Shown: positions 26,201-38,040 of the stretch, one piece after another
Position numbering within the stretch: the stretch's first letter is position 1
How the letters are laid out: each line of letters opens with the position of its first letter
Source of the DNA: Octopus vulgaris
Taxonomy: Eukaryota
NCBI GenBank assembly: GCA_951406725.2
Contig: OX597819.1
Span: 68,324,001 to 68,388,000 of the forward strand
DNA: 64,000 nucleotides
Direction: 5' to 3'
Notes under the pieces: generated by a model
The model's input: only the letters and a program-made list of their open reading frames with translations
Told to the model about the DNA's origin: nothing
Databases searched by the model: none
Position numbers and translations under genes: made by a program

Positions 26201-26982
26201 TTCATCCAGATAGTCTTGGCTGAAGAGCTACAAATGGATTACTGTAAGTAATATTACATTTAATTCATTAATAGCGAAACAATTGTCCCAAAATAATCTG
26301 TATTTTTGTTATTTTTTATTTGCCCTGTCCGTGTGAGCTAACAGTCGTACCGGCTTTCATGGGAAACATGTATTTTTCGTGGTTGAAACCTCTTGGATTA
26401 ACTGGTGCTAGAGTGATCAATATAGTGAACACTCTCTTATATTTATTTTGTGAAAATATTATAATATGTTATAAAATATTATAATAATCCAGGTTTCTCG
26501 TAGCACTAGGCCACTTGGTGTGGAATAAATATACTATTAAATTAGTATCTAATTCTCTCACCCTTATTAATTAATTATAATTATGCTGCATTTATTTCTA
26601 AATGCTGTATTTGTTTTCCGTGAGAGTTTGGCGCGCTGTTGGTTGGGGCATTTGAATTATAACGTCCGATGTAATCAATTGAACCGCACGCGTATTTATC
26701 GTTATGGTAAAATCTGGCGTGTGATTGAGTGGATTTCATCCAGATAGTCTTGGCTGAAGAGCTACAAATGGATTACTGTAAGTAATATTACATTTAATTC
26801 ATTAATAGCGAAACAATTGTCCCAAAATAATCTGTATTTTTGTTATTTTTTATTTGCCCTGTCCGTGTGAGCTAACAGTCGTACCGGCTTTCATGGGAAA
26901 CATGTATTTTTCGTGGTTGAAACCTCTTGGATTAACTGGTGCTAGAGTGATCAATATAGTGAACACTCTCTTATATTTATTT
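20247..26982 (+). repeat. Right block of the 534-bp tandem array (about 12.6 units), inverted relative to the left block
   Basis: Reverse complement of the left-block unit. Period 534, with single-nt deletions near 20352 and 22636. Ends in TATTAT(TA)n. Confidence 0.97.
20877..20952 (+). ncRNA. Type I hammerhead ribozyme, predicted cleavage after GUC at 20948; identical copies start at 21411, 21945, 22479, 23012, 23546, 24080, 24614, 25148, 25682, 26216 and 26750
   Basis: Stem I UUGG/CCAA; core CUGAAGA; stem II GCUA...UAGC extended by AAUGGAUUA/UAAUUCAUU and UGUAA/UUACA; GAAA; stem III palindrome ACAAUUGU; GUC cleavage triplet. All invariant core nucleotides are present. Confidence 0.88.
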
Positions 26983-27647
26983 ATTATTATATATATATAT
27001 ATATATGTATGGTATGTATGTATATATGTATGTATTCATGTATCTACGAAAACGGAATGCAAATGCCGCTGAATTAATGCTACTGCACATATCTGTGTTC
27101 TGTGTTGTAGGAACACGCAAGTAGAAGCTTATTACGATGTAGTCATCAGGAATCTGTGACTAATTCCACTATAATAATTGCTAATACGGTATTGCATATT
27201 GATTGCGTAAATGCATAATCACATTTCTTAATGTACAAGGGAATATTTCGTGCTATTCAAGCAATTAGGTTCTGTATACGAGTTTCAGGCCACACGAGTA
27301 TTTCTCTCACTTTCAATTACATATGGAGATATTGGCCTTTGGTTTCGAAGCGCTGTGATGGCGAAAATATCCTAACGCCGTCTGTTCTAAAATACGAAAT
27401 ATTCGTAGTTAATAATTTAAAGATATTTCGTTTACATCCGTGTACAACTCCACGCAATTATGTACTCATGTTTATTGATTCTATACATGTGTGTATTATC
27501 AATCTATTTGATTGACTCTCAGTTATTCTATCTTTCTAGCCGTCCTCCTCTCTATCTATTTCTGTCTCTTTTCTTCTCTCTGCAGCATCTCTTCCCCTGT
27601 CTCTCTCTTCACTAACACACACACAAACACACACACACACACACACA

Positions 27648-27705
<58 letters not shown>

Positions 27706-27761
27706 AACTGCCAAGGAGCAATTTGCGAATATAATGTGTAATCTGAACATTAAAATTACAG

Positions 27762-27975
27762 AGGCTGCAGGCATGGCTGTGTCGTAAAAACTTCATTCCT
27801 AACAATATAGCTTCGGGTCCAGTCCCACCATTAACGTCTACTAAATCCACCCACAAGACTTTGGTCAGTGCGAGGCTATAGCGTAAAGTACTTCCCCAGT
27901 GCGCCAGAAAGTGTGACTGAATCCGCAACCATGTGGTTGGGGAGCAAAATTCTTTGCGCACATCCACGCCAGCTA
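27762..27975. mobile_element. Two truncated SINE B 5' parts in opposite orientation
   Basis: Plus-strand head 27762-27830, then a reverse-complement head plus CORE-like segment at 27835-27975. Confidence 0.55.
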
Positions 27976-28419
27976 TATCATTCTTAGTCTACCCATTATG
28001 CTCCTCCTTGTTGGCTTGGTTTGAAGAATCATTGTTCCGTTTCTTTCCAGCGACATTTTAATTCCGTATTTGTATTACTAGAGGAAAGACCTCACAATGC
28101 GGGGGAGTAGTGGTTCGATCTGGAGATCTCTGAGTTGCACATCCTGTCAAGTGACGTTACTTTACCGCTCCTACAGACGAATGCATATTTCAGCCGTTTG
28201 GATTGGTGATCGTTTTCTTTCGGTCATTAACTAACAATCACAAACAGAGAATAGTCACGGAAACTGAAAAGAAGACAACGAGTTTAGAGTTTCTTTTACC
28301 ACGCTAATTTGTTTTGAATAGGTGTAAAGTTATGTTTTAAGAATTAAAAACAATTGACATTCTTACATATTTTCATTCTATGAAGGAATCTACATAATTG
28401 AAACAAAGGTAAATTACTG

Positions 28420-28760
<341 letters not shown>

Positions 28761-28776
28761 CCATCGTATAGTTATA

Positions 28777-29550
28777 CACAGACAGGCAGGAAGTAACTAG
28801 ACAGCTTTAATTTTCGGAATTTCTGATCTAATCATAATATGCTTTCATCGGAGTAGAATTTACTGTGTAATTAATATCTTTCGTTCCAGGTGACATTATA
28901 TTAAGCATTTGGAAGAGTAACCATGCCACGTACAAAAAATTCAGCAGAACTGTCATATTTTTAAAGAGGTCGTATTGTTGGGCAATTTGAAGCTGGTTTT
29001 AGCGAGCGAAAAATTGTTGAAAATCTTCAAATTCCTCTTGCTACTGTAAATAGAATTATAGTGCAATTCAAAAGCCAAGGAAAAGAATCAACAGATTCTC
29101 GTTCCGGCCGACCCGTGAAAGGAAGCTTCGCTGTTTGAAGAGAATTGTGGAGAACGAGCCCCGTTCGAAGGCGTCTCACATTGCAAAACAGCAAGAAGTT
29201 TATCCAAGAACGTGTGTTACATATCTGCTTAAGCTTGGGTATTATTGACGAGCAGCTAGAATGGTATGGGGAGCTGTCACTAGCAATTGTCGTTCTGAGG
29301 TGATCGAATGTGTTGGAACCATAAACTGTGAAAAATATATCGAAATACTTAAGCAAGGACTACTTCCGATGTATTCACACGATAACATAACGAAATATGA
29401 GTTTTTATTCATGGAAGATGGGGCTCCATGCCACACAGCGAAAAGGAATCAACAATGGCTGACTGAAAATGGAATCAAAAAGGTTCCTTGGCTGAGGCAA
29501 TCTCCTGACATGAACCCAGTTGAAAATATCTGGAGCATACTAGATAGAGA
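28777..29550 (+). mobile_element. Tc1-like (DD34E) transposon with transposase pseudogene, 3' end lost at a PLE insertion
   Basis: TA-CACAGACAGGCAGGAAGTAACTAGACA is a TIR-like start. ATG at 28923 gives [24 protein letters not shown]...RSGRP. Also MVWGAV, FMEDGAPCHTA and WLRQSPDMNPVENIW. Confidence 0.9.
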
Positions 29551-30764
29551 CATTTCCGCTCTACGGTCACTCTTTGCAACACCTGTCCGTGTCCGGACTG
29601 TCCTTGCACAGGGGCCATCCGGACTCCCGCTTACGCCGTGAACAGAGATTAATCTTCTCTCTTCGCTCCTTTGCACCACATGGGCTCAACTCTCCTCCCA
29701 TCTTCATCTAACCACCTCTCATCACCTCTCTCCCTCCCACCTACTTTCTCCCACCCACCTCTCCTCTCTTGCTCCGACTTCTACTTCTCTTCACTCCTAG
29801 TCTCTTTCTCTCTTCTCTTCACTCCTACCCACCTTCTCCATCCCCTTCATCGTCACCCCTCCCTCGTAATCCCATCCCACCCTTATACATTCCAATCCGA
29901 CCTTCCCTATCCTTCCAATAACAACCCAATCCATCCCTTACGCCCTCTCAGACATACTCCACCTCTACCCCCACCTTCTGCTTACCCACATACCTCACTT
30001 CTACTCCCACCCTCAGTCTAACAAACTCCCCACGTTTGCCATCCCCACTCTCACCTCCCCAGCTCCTAACACCATCTCACCAAATCACACACCACTACAC
30101 TATGCACCACCATACCACACAACACCACATCATATCACACCACCACGCACACACTAGCACTGACCACTTCCCAGCCCCACACCATCATCAAGACACCTAC
30201 ACACACAGACACGCACACATCAAGATCACCAGCTCTCTGCCATATGCACGTACATACTCTCTTATACACACGCGCGGGCAGCTTCGTCTTGGGATTACCA
30301 CTGCCCATTCTATCCTAGGTCTCCTGTGTGACCCGTCTGTCCGGCATTCGGTATGCTAGATCGCTAGCCACTACACGTTGTTTATTATCTCTCCTTGTTT
30401 CTTCTGAGTTCTTTTCTGTGGAAGAGCCTAGGCTCGAAATGTTAAAGACTTTTTCTCTTCCCGAGCGTTCGGATGCATAAATGCACAGATATATATATAT
30501 TTTTTTGCCTTTAAAAACCCACTTTGCTCTTGTTATCGTAAACATCCGCCTTTCACCATGTGCTACTCCTAACACCAGCCGTTTTTTTCTCTATCTCCGT
30601 TGCCCGCTCCGGGATCTTTCTTTCCTCTCTCTTCCTTCTTTATGTTTCCGACGAAGAGCTCCGCTCGAAACGTCATACCTCCCTGCTTCCATTTCCTGAG
30701 CGCCTATTAATAATAATACTGTAATTGTTCCCTTGTTGTTGTTTTTTTGTTTCCCGTTTGGATT

Positions 30765-30770
<6 letters not shown>
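29551..30770 (+). mobile_element. Penelope-like element 3' end: GIY-YIG endonuclease C-terminus (29551-29711), long pyrimidine-rich 3' region, two hammerhead-like motifs (30412-30447 and 30644-30678)
   Basis: With one frameshift, reads HFRST-GHSLQHLSVSGLSLHRGHPDSRLRREQRLIFSLRSFAPHGLNSPPIFI*, the HF..H...RE..LI..L....P.GLN signature. CCGACGAA-GAGC-TCC-GCTC-GAAACGTC. Ends in (TA)n. Confidence 0.85.
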
Positions 30771-30809
<39 letters not shown>

Positions 30810-31752
30810 TAAAATATATATGTATATATATATAAATGAATAAATAAATAAATATATATATATATATATATGGGAGCGCGTATTTGATGCTTGACCCTCT
30901 CAACGCATGACACCCAGTGTTGATTTGTTTACGTTCCCTCCAATTAGTAGGTTGACCAATGGAATGGATAGAATAAGTATCAGGTTTTTTTTCTAATCTA
31001 AGCGCTTGGGCCGATTCCTTCGACTAAAAAACCTTGAATGCACTTCACGAAAACCACGCAATGCCCAGTCCAGATATCGGAAATAAGATGCTTTGATCAC
31101 TTGTGTAGGCCCCAAACCAGAAGCTCACATCTCTTCAACAACCATCATATGAGGGTTAACAATATTTTGTCGAGCGGCTTTAAACTTAAAATAAATATTT
31201 AACTTGTGACTTACTTAACGTAGCACACGTATTTATAGACTTGATGGTCACTACAGAATAAAGAATATGCAACAAACTATTTAGAACTAAGATCTGGTAT
31301 AAATCTAGGGTTAAGTCTCGTATATGACTTAATACTACTTTAACGCCGTTGGCAAAATACTAGAGTAAAGAGCAGAGACTAATGGAACGTAAATATAATC
31401 TCTGTAGTTAAGTGCAGTGAAATTTGCAAAAATTGTGCAGTGTCGAAAGAAATTAGCTTTTTAAGAATTTTCGTTGCACACTTTTATAGTATATATATAT
31501 ATATGTACTTCCAAATACGTACGAAATTATAGGCATATAATTTGTGTTGATCTGTCTGTCAGTGTGTCTGTCTATCTGTCTATCTGTCTCTCTTTTTCTC
31601 AAGCTTATACAATTATAAACTCATACACGCGCACACATACAGAAACATACTCGAATTTATGTATGTATGTATGTATGTCTGCATATGTGTGTATGTTTTT
31701 GCGTATGTGCGTACATATATATATATATGTATGTTTGTACACACACACGCAC

Positions 31753-31798
<46 letters not shown>

Positions 31799-31983
31799 TC
31801 ACATATGTATATATATATATACATGCGCACACTATGTATGCATATATAAAGGTGTAAATATATATATATATATAACATATATATTATAAAATGTTATATA
31901 TATATATGACATCCTCTTGGAGCTAATCAGCGACAGCTTTAGTCTTATATTTATAGACTACCATATTAGTATGGCGATAACTA

Positions 31984-32059
<76 letters not shown>

Positions 32060-32094
32060 CATATATATAAAATCAAATTATAAAAATCAAAAAT

Positions 32095-34036
32095 ATAAAA
32101 TCAAACCCTAAAGCTTTCTTTAAGTTTGCCAAAGAGACAGCCACAGTGCACCAGAGAATAGGACCTCTCTTCCAAAAAGATGGCTCTCTCACAGGAAATC
32201 CCACGAGGATAAGTGAAATACTGAACGAACAGTTCCAAAGTGTGTTCACTACACCTCTAGGACACAGGCAAGTAAACAACCCAGAAGAATTCTTTGCCAC
32301 TTTACCTGCGGCCAAAGAGACAAAAATTGAGTACATCAACATCGAAGATGATGATATCACACTAGCCATTGATGAGATTGACACAAACTCAGCTGCTGGA
32401 CCTGATGGATTCCCAGCGATCCTTCTCAAATCGTGCAAACGAGCCCTTGCAAAACCGCTACAGCTTCTTTTTCAGAGCTTTCTTGCAAGTGGTAAGCTCC
32501 CAGTCAAACTGAAAGAGGGGGTAATATGCCCTATCCATAAGGGAGGTAGCAGAGCAGATGCTAAAAATTATAGGCCTATCTCTCTGACCTCACACATCAG
32601 CAAAGTCATGGAACGAATAGTCCGTAAGAAACTAATCATGTTCCTTGAAGAAAATGACTTACTGTCTGACACCCAGCATGGATTTCGACCAGGTAGAGGC
32701 TGCCTAACACAGCTCCTGCAACACTATGACTGGGTGTTGAAACAGCTACTAAATGGCTCAAATGTGGATGTAATATATCTTGACTTTGCAAAAGCCTTTG
32801 ATAAAGTCGACCATGGTATGATCTGTCACAAACTGCGTGGTCTCGGCATAGGCGGGAAACTTGGAGAGTGGCTGCACAACTTCCTAAAAGACAGAAAACA
32901 GGCAGTTGTGAGCAATGGAGCCACCTCCAGGGAAACGCAAATAACAAGCGGTGTCCCACAGGGCACTGTCTTGGGGCCACTGATGTTCATAGTGGCCCTT
33001 TCAGACATGCCTTCAGTTGCTACGATGACCACCCTTGCTAGCTATGCAGATGACACAAAAGTCTCCCACGCAATACAAAACCCTGAAAATATTGCGCATC
33101 TGCAACATGAGCTGGACACAATATACAGGTGGGCTGAGGACAACAACATGCAGTTTAATGCAGGTAAGTTCCAGGCCCTGCGCTACTGGCACACAAAGGT
33201 AAATGACGTGAAGACTGGATACACTGGCCCAGGAAGAATTGCAATCCCTGAGTCAAAATCAGTGCGTGACCTGGGCATTGACATGAGCAATGATGCATCT
33301 TTCCAAATGCATATTGCTAATCTGGTGATAAAATGCAGACGGCTAGCTGGATGGATTCTCCGAACTTTCAGAACAAGAGAGAAGGAGACACTGATGGTCC
33401 TATGGAAAACATTTGTCCTCAGCCGCTTGGACTACTGCTCCCAACTTTGGTCACCACACAATATAAAACAAACAGCAGAACTCGAAGCAACTCAGAGAAG
33501 CTACACAAAGAAAATCGTCTCAATGCAAAATGTCAGCTACTAGGAAAGACTGAAGGTATTAAACCTCTTCTCCCTGGAGCGGAGGCGGGAGAGATATGCA
33601 GTGATATACATCTGGAAAATCCTGGAGGGTCTTGTCCCAAACTTTGGCATTCAAAGTTACTCCAACCGCAGAACGGGGCGCCGCTGCGTGGTGCCAAGGA
33701 TTCCAACATCACCATCAAAATACAGGTCCAGATACTGCAACAGCTTGGGTTTCAGAGGACCACAGCTCTTTAACATCCTCCCTAAATGCCTGAGAGACTT
33801 ACATGGTGTGGATGTGGGTTTCTTTAAAACTAAACTGGATCTCTTCTTGTTGGGAGTCCCAGATGAACCTACCTCACGACAGGAGACACGGATGCGGGCA
33901 GCAGCATCGAACTCCCTTGTTGATCAAGTGCCACGTATCAGAGGTGGATTCACAAACTAGTGTAGCTCATTCAGCGGTGGTGCCCCAGCATGGCCGCGGC
34001 CTTGGGGCTAAAACATTTTTAAGGATTTTAAGGATT
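32095..34036 (+). mobile_element. 5'-truncated young CR1-group LINE with RT ORF2 (one premature stop at 33541), inserted in (TA)n
   Basis: ORF 32146-33543 carries AAGPDG, NYRPISLTS, QHGFRPGR, YLDFAKAFDKV, SGVPQGTVLGP and YADD. The frame continues past TAG (likely TGG originally) to the stop at 33960. Tail (AAGGATTTT)2; (TA)n on both flanks. Confidence 0.95.
32146..33960 (+). pseudogene. Reverse transcriptase ORF2 fragment of the LINE above
   Basis: 465-aa RT ORF plus an in-frame C-terminal part (33601-33960), separated by one stop. No endonuclease domain because of 5' truncation. Confidence 0.9.
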
Positions 34037-34522
<486 letters not shown>

Positions 34523-34625
34523 TATTTATATAAGTATTTATATTTGAGGCATTTGTATCATGGTGACTATGTCTGTGTTATATAGATATAAATGCATAGT
34601 TGTATATTATTATTGATATTAGGAA

Positions 34626-35620
34626 ACAAGACGGTGAGTTAACAGACTCATTAGCGTCTCGGAATAGTTGCTTACCGACATTTCTTCCAGCTTTTTATAC
34701 CTGAGATCAAATACCACCGAGTTTCACTTTGCTATTCATTCTTCAGTGGTCGATAAAGTAGCGGACGCATCATGTACTGGCACCGATGTAACCGATTACC
34801 CAACGTACTAAAATTATTGGTTCTGTTCTAAACTTCGAAACAATTATTGCTTGCGTAGCGTTAGAATTTTTATGACATCAAATTTTGTTGTTACTGGCCC
34901 GTGATGGTTTTGTCATTTCCCTACTATTTCGTTCTGATTGTAACGAAACCAAAATAAGGCGGAGAGCTGGCAGAACCGTTAACACGCTGGAAAAAAAGCT
35001 TCACGACAGTTCAAACTTTGCCTTTCATTCTTTCGAGGGGTCAATAGAATAATTAGCAGTCGAGCAGTGGGGTTGATGTAACGGACTTAGCCCTTGCCCC
35101 GATATTTCTGGCCTCGTGCCAAAACTTGAAACCTTTATAATAAAACTAAGAGGCGGTGAGATGGCAGAATCGTTAGCACGCCGGGCAAAATGCATCCGTT
35201 CTTTAGTTCTGAGTTCAAACAATGCTGGCGTCGACATTTTTATTGTCTATCAAGTAAGCACTGGTGGAGCACTAGGGTCGATGTAATCGACTAGCTATGT
35301 CCCCTCAAATTCCAGGCCCTGTACCTGTAGAAGAAAGGATTATGACAAAACCACTAAACTGCCAGTTTTGTGAAGGCAATACTGGTGTGATTTTATATTG
35401 GACTGTGTCTTTTCATAAGAAAATCGTTTTCTTAATATATGAGAGCTGATTATGGCAACCTAAATACTCAGAGTATAAAATAAACGACGTACAAATGTAT
35501 AAACAATTATAAGTAAACTATCAAATATTTTTTTTTCAACTCTAGGCACAAGACCCGAATTTTGGGGGAAGGGGACCAGTCGATTATATCGATCCCAGTA
35601 CGCAACTGGTGCTTAATTAC
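34626..35620. mobile_element. Cluster of degenerate SINE A copies (+ 34626-34850, + 34957-35130, + 35149-35340, - 35535-35620)
   Basis: Family A head and central motifs. Confidence 0.7.
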
Positions 35621-35721
35621 AAGTAAACTACCAAACTGGGTAAGTGCCTCACAGTGTGCTGTCATTTGTTCATTTATGAATTAATAACGTTACAGATACG
35701 ATTACGTTTTCATACGGAACA

Positions 35722-36300
35722 TAAGGCGTCCAGTTGGCAGAATCATTAGCACACCGGGCGAAATGCTTGGCTGTATTTCGTCTGCCGCTACGTTCTGAGT
35801 TCAAATTCCGCCGAGGTCGACTTTGCCTTTCATCCTTTCGGGGTCGATTAAATAAGTACCAGTTACGCACTGGGGTCGATATAATTGACTTAATCCATTT
35901 GTCTGTCCTTGTTTGTCCTCTCTGTGTTTAGCCCCTTGTGGGTAGTAAAGAAATAGGTATTTCGCCGGCCGCTATGTTCTGAGTTCAAATTCCGCCGAGG
36001 TCGACTTTGCCTTTCTTCCTTTCGGTTTCGATTAAATAAGTACCAGTTATGCACTGGGGTTGATATAATCGACTTAATCCGTTGTTTGTCCTTGCTTGTC
36101 CTTTCTGTGTCTAGCCCCTTGTGGGTAGTAAAGAAATAGGTATTTCGCCGACCGCTACATACTGAGTTCACATTCTGCCAATTCTCGAATTAGCTTTTCA
36201 TCCTTTCGGGGTCGATACATTAAGTACCCGTGAAACACGGGTCGATGTAATTGACCTGTACTCTCCCCACAAATTTCAGGCCTTGTAGCTTTAATAGAAA
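35722..36300 (+). mobile_element. SINE A tandem trimer (about 184-bp units)
   Basis: GTATTTCG at 35773, 35957 and 36140; one 5' head; the last unit has the alternative tail. Confidence 0.85.
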
Positions 36301-36338
36301 TAATTGTAATGCGGACCGTTAATATTTCATGGTTGAAA

Positions 36339-36550
36339 GAGGCAACGAGCTGGCAGAATCATTAACACGTTGGGCAAAATGATTAGAGCCATTTCTGCAG
36401 CTTTTAGGTATCGTGTTCAAATTCTGCCGATATCGACTTTGTCTTTCATCATTTCTGATTCGATAAAATAAGTACCAGTCGATCACTGAGTTCGATGTAA
36501 TCAACTCCCTCGCACTCCGAGGTTGCTGGTCTTATGCCAAAATCTGAAAC
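36339..36550 (+). mobile_element. SINE A copy
   Basis: AGGCAACGAGCTGGCAGAATCATTAAC...AAGTACCAGT. Confidence 0.7.
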
Positions 36551-36630
36551 CACTGTTTGAAGGTTGAATTAATTTTTCGAAAAGCCTCCCTATACGTGTA
36601 TCGAATTTCGTTAACACACACACATAAATT

Positions 36631-36678
<48 letters not shown>

Positions 36679-36933
36679 TGTGTGTTTATTAACGAAACCC
36701 CATACATATGAAAGCCTTTAGGAATCTTCCATGTGTTAAAATGTACCTCCTTGCAACAATGTAAAATTCCATTTTATCAAGATACCCTTAGCCTGCGGTA
36801 TACAGGGCGCTTGGATGCTTACCACTTCCGAGGCTCCGCTCGCTATGAAACATATGCTGCCCGGATCTTATATACTCATTATATACTTATATTCATTAAC
36901 ACACACACACACTGTATAATGCATGTATCCATA

Positions 36934-37024
<91 letters not shown>

Positions 37025-37049
37025 TAATATATATATATATATAATTTCC

Positions 37050-37776
37050 CCGAATAAATTTTGGACAACAGAAGCCAAGTTTTTATTATTGAAATTTTAA
37101 AATTTATAATTCAGAACAATTTATTTCCTATTTGATGACACATACTATCGTCAAAAATGCGGAATTATGATGGAAAGAAAAGTGGCCTCTGTTCTTGCAA
37201 ACGTAATGGTGGGATATTTTGAATTTATCATATATAAAGTGCCGCTGCAAAAATATTGATATCCATTTCACCATTATATGGGAGAGAACTAGAAAAGATA
37301 CCTGGATGAATGCTTTATCATTTGGAAGTAGAATATTGATAGACTTTTGGAGTTTAAATCAATACTAAATAATATAAACCCTAATATTCAATTTACAAAA
37401 GAACATAGCAAAGAACCGTTCCCTTTCTTCGATATCATGATAAAATGTTTACAACCAAATTATAACTGACATGTTTTATGAACCAACGGACTCGAAGCAA
37501 TATCCCCTGTTTAGTGCATGCCACCCGAAACACATCCAAAGAAATATCTCCTTTAAATTAACAAAAATGATTTGCACAATGGTGTCTGATAGAAATACTC
37601 GGGACATACGTCTTCGAGACCCCAGAACCATACAAACTGAAAGACAGTATCCACCCTCATAGACTATGGAATTAAGCGTGCTAATAAAACAAATATTGAA
37701 AGAATAAGGGTAACAAAACCTAACACCACACCTAATCTCAAAACACTACTGTATATATCAACTCACAATCCTTTTA

Positions 37777-37830
<54 letters not shown>

Positions 37831-38040
37831 TCACTGCGCTAAATCGAATTCGGAATCTTGGGGTTAGTAGCCCGCGCTCTTAACCACTACGCCATATGCC
37901 CCAAGACACCTGATGAAGGCTGGAGGGTATATCAGCCGAAAGGTTGTGTTAACAACAAACAAGATGAGGACAATTATCTGTCAAGTGTAAATAAGGTAAA
38001 TAACATACCTAATTCCTCATCTCTTAAATATAGAACTGGT
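37050..38040 (+). mobile_element. Decayed Penelope-like element: RT domain (37050-37770) and pLTR with a hammerhead-like motif (37905-37950)
   Basis: Peptides FDDTYYRQKCGIMM...VLANVMVGYFE, KRYLDECFIIW, NPNIQFTKEHS..PFFDIMI and YEPTDSKQYPLFSACHPKH match PLE RT and thumb motifs. GACAC-CTGATGA-A-GGCTG..CAGCC-GAAAGGTT-GTGTT. Confidence 0.85.
37772..37900 (-). mobile_element. Short tRNA-derived SINE with a (TAA)n tail, inserted in the PLE
   Basis: Minus strand GGCATATGGCGTAGTGGTTAAGAGCGCGGGCTACTAACCCCAAGATTCCGAATTCGATTTAGCGCAGTGACCTG-(AAT)n. A-box and degenerate B-box present; no acceptor stem. Confidence 0.65.

Noticed and set aside
18575-26982. CRISPR array, rDNA/snRNA/histone gene cluster, or coding repeat as explanations for the array
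   Set aside because: Units are identical with no variable spacers and no cas genes. I recognise no 5S, snRNA or tRNA similarity, and there is no long ORF within the unit.
29671-30359. Pro/Ser/His-rich ORFs
   Set aside because: Low-complexity pyrimidine/CAC-rich 3' region of the PLE; no domain signature.
37828-37900. Functional tRNA gene
   Set aside because: No acceptor stem pairing, a degenerate T-arm, and a (TAA)n tail instead of a T-run terminator. Treated as a SINE.
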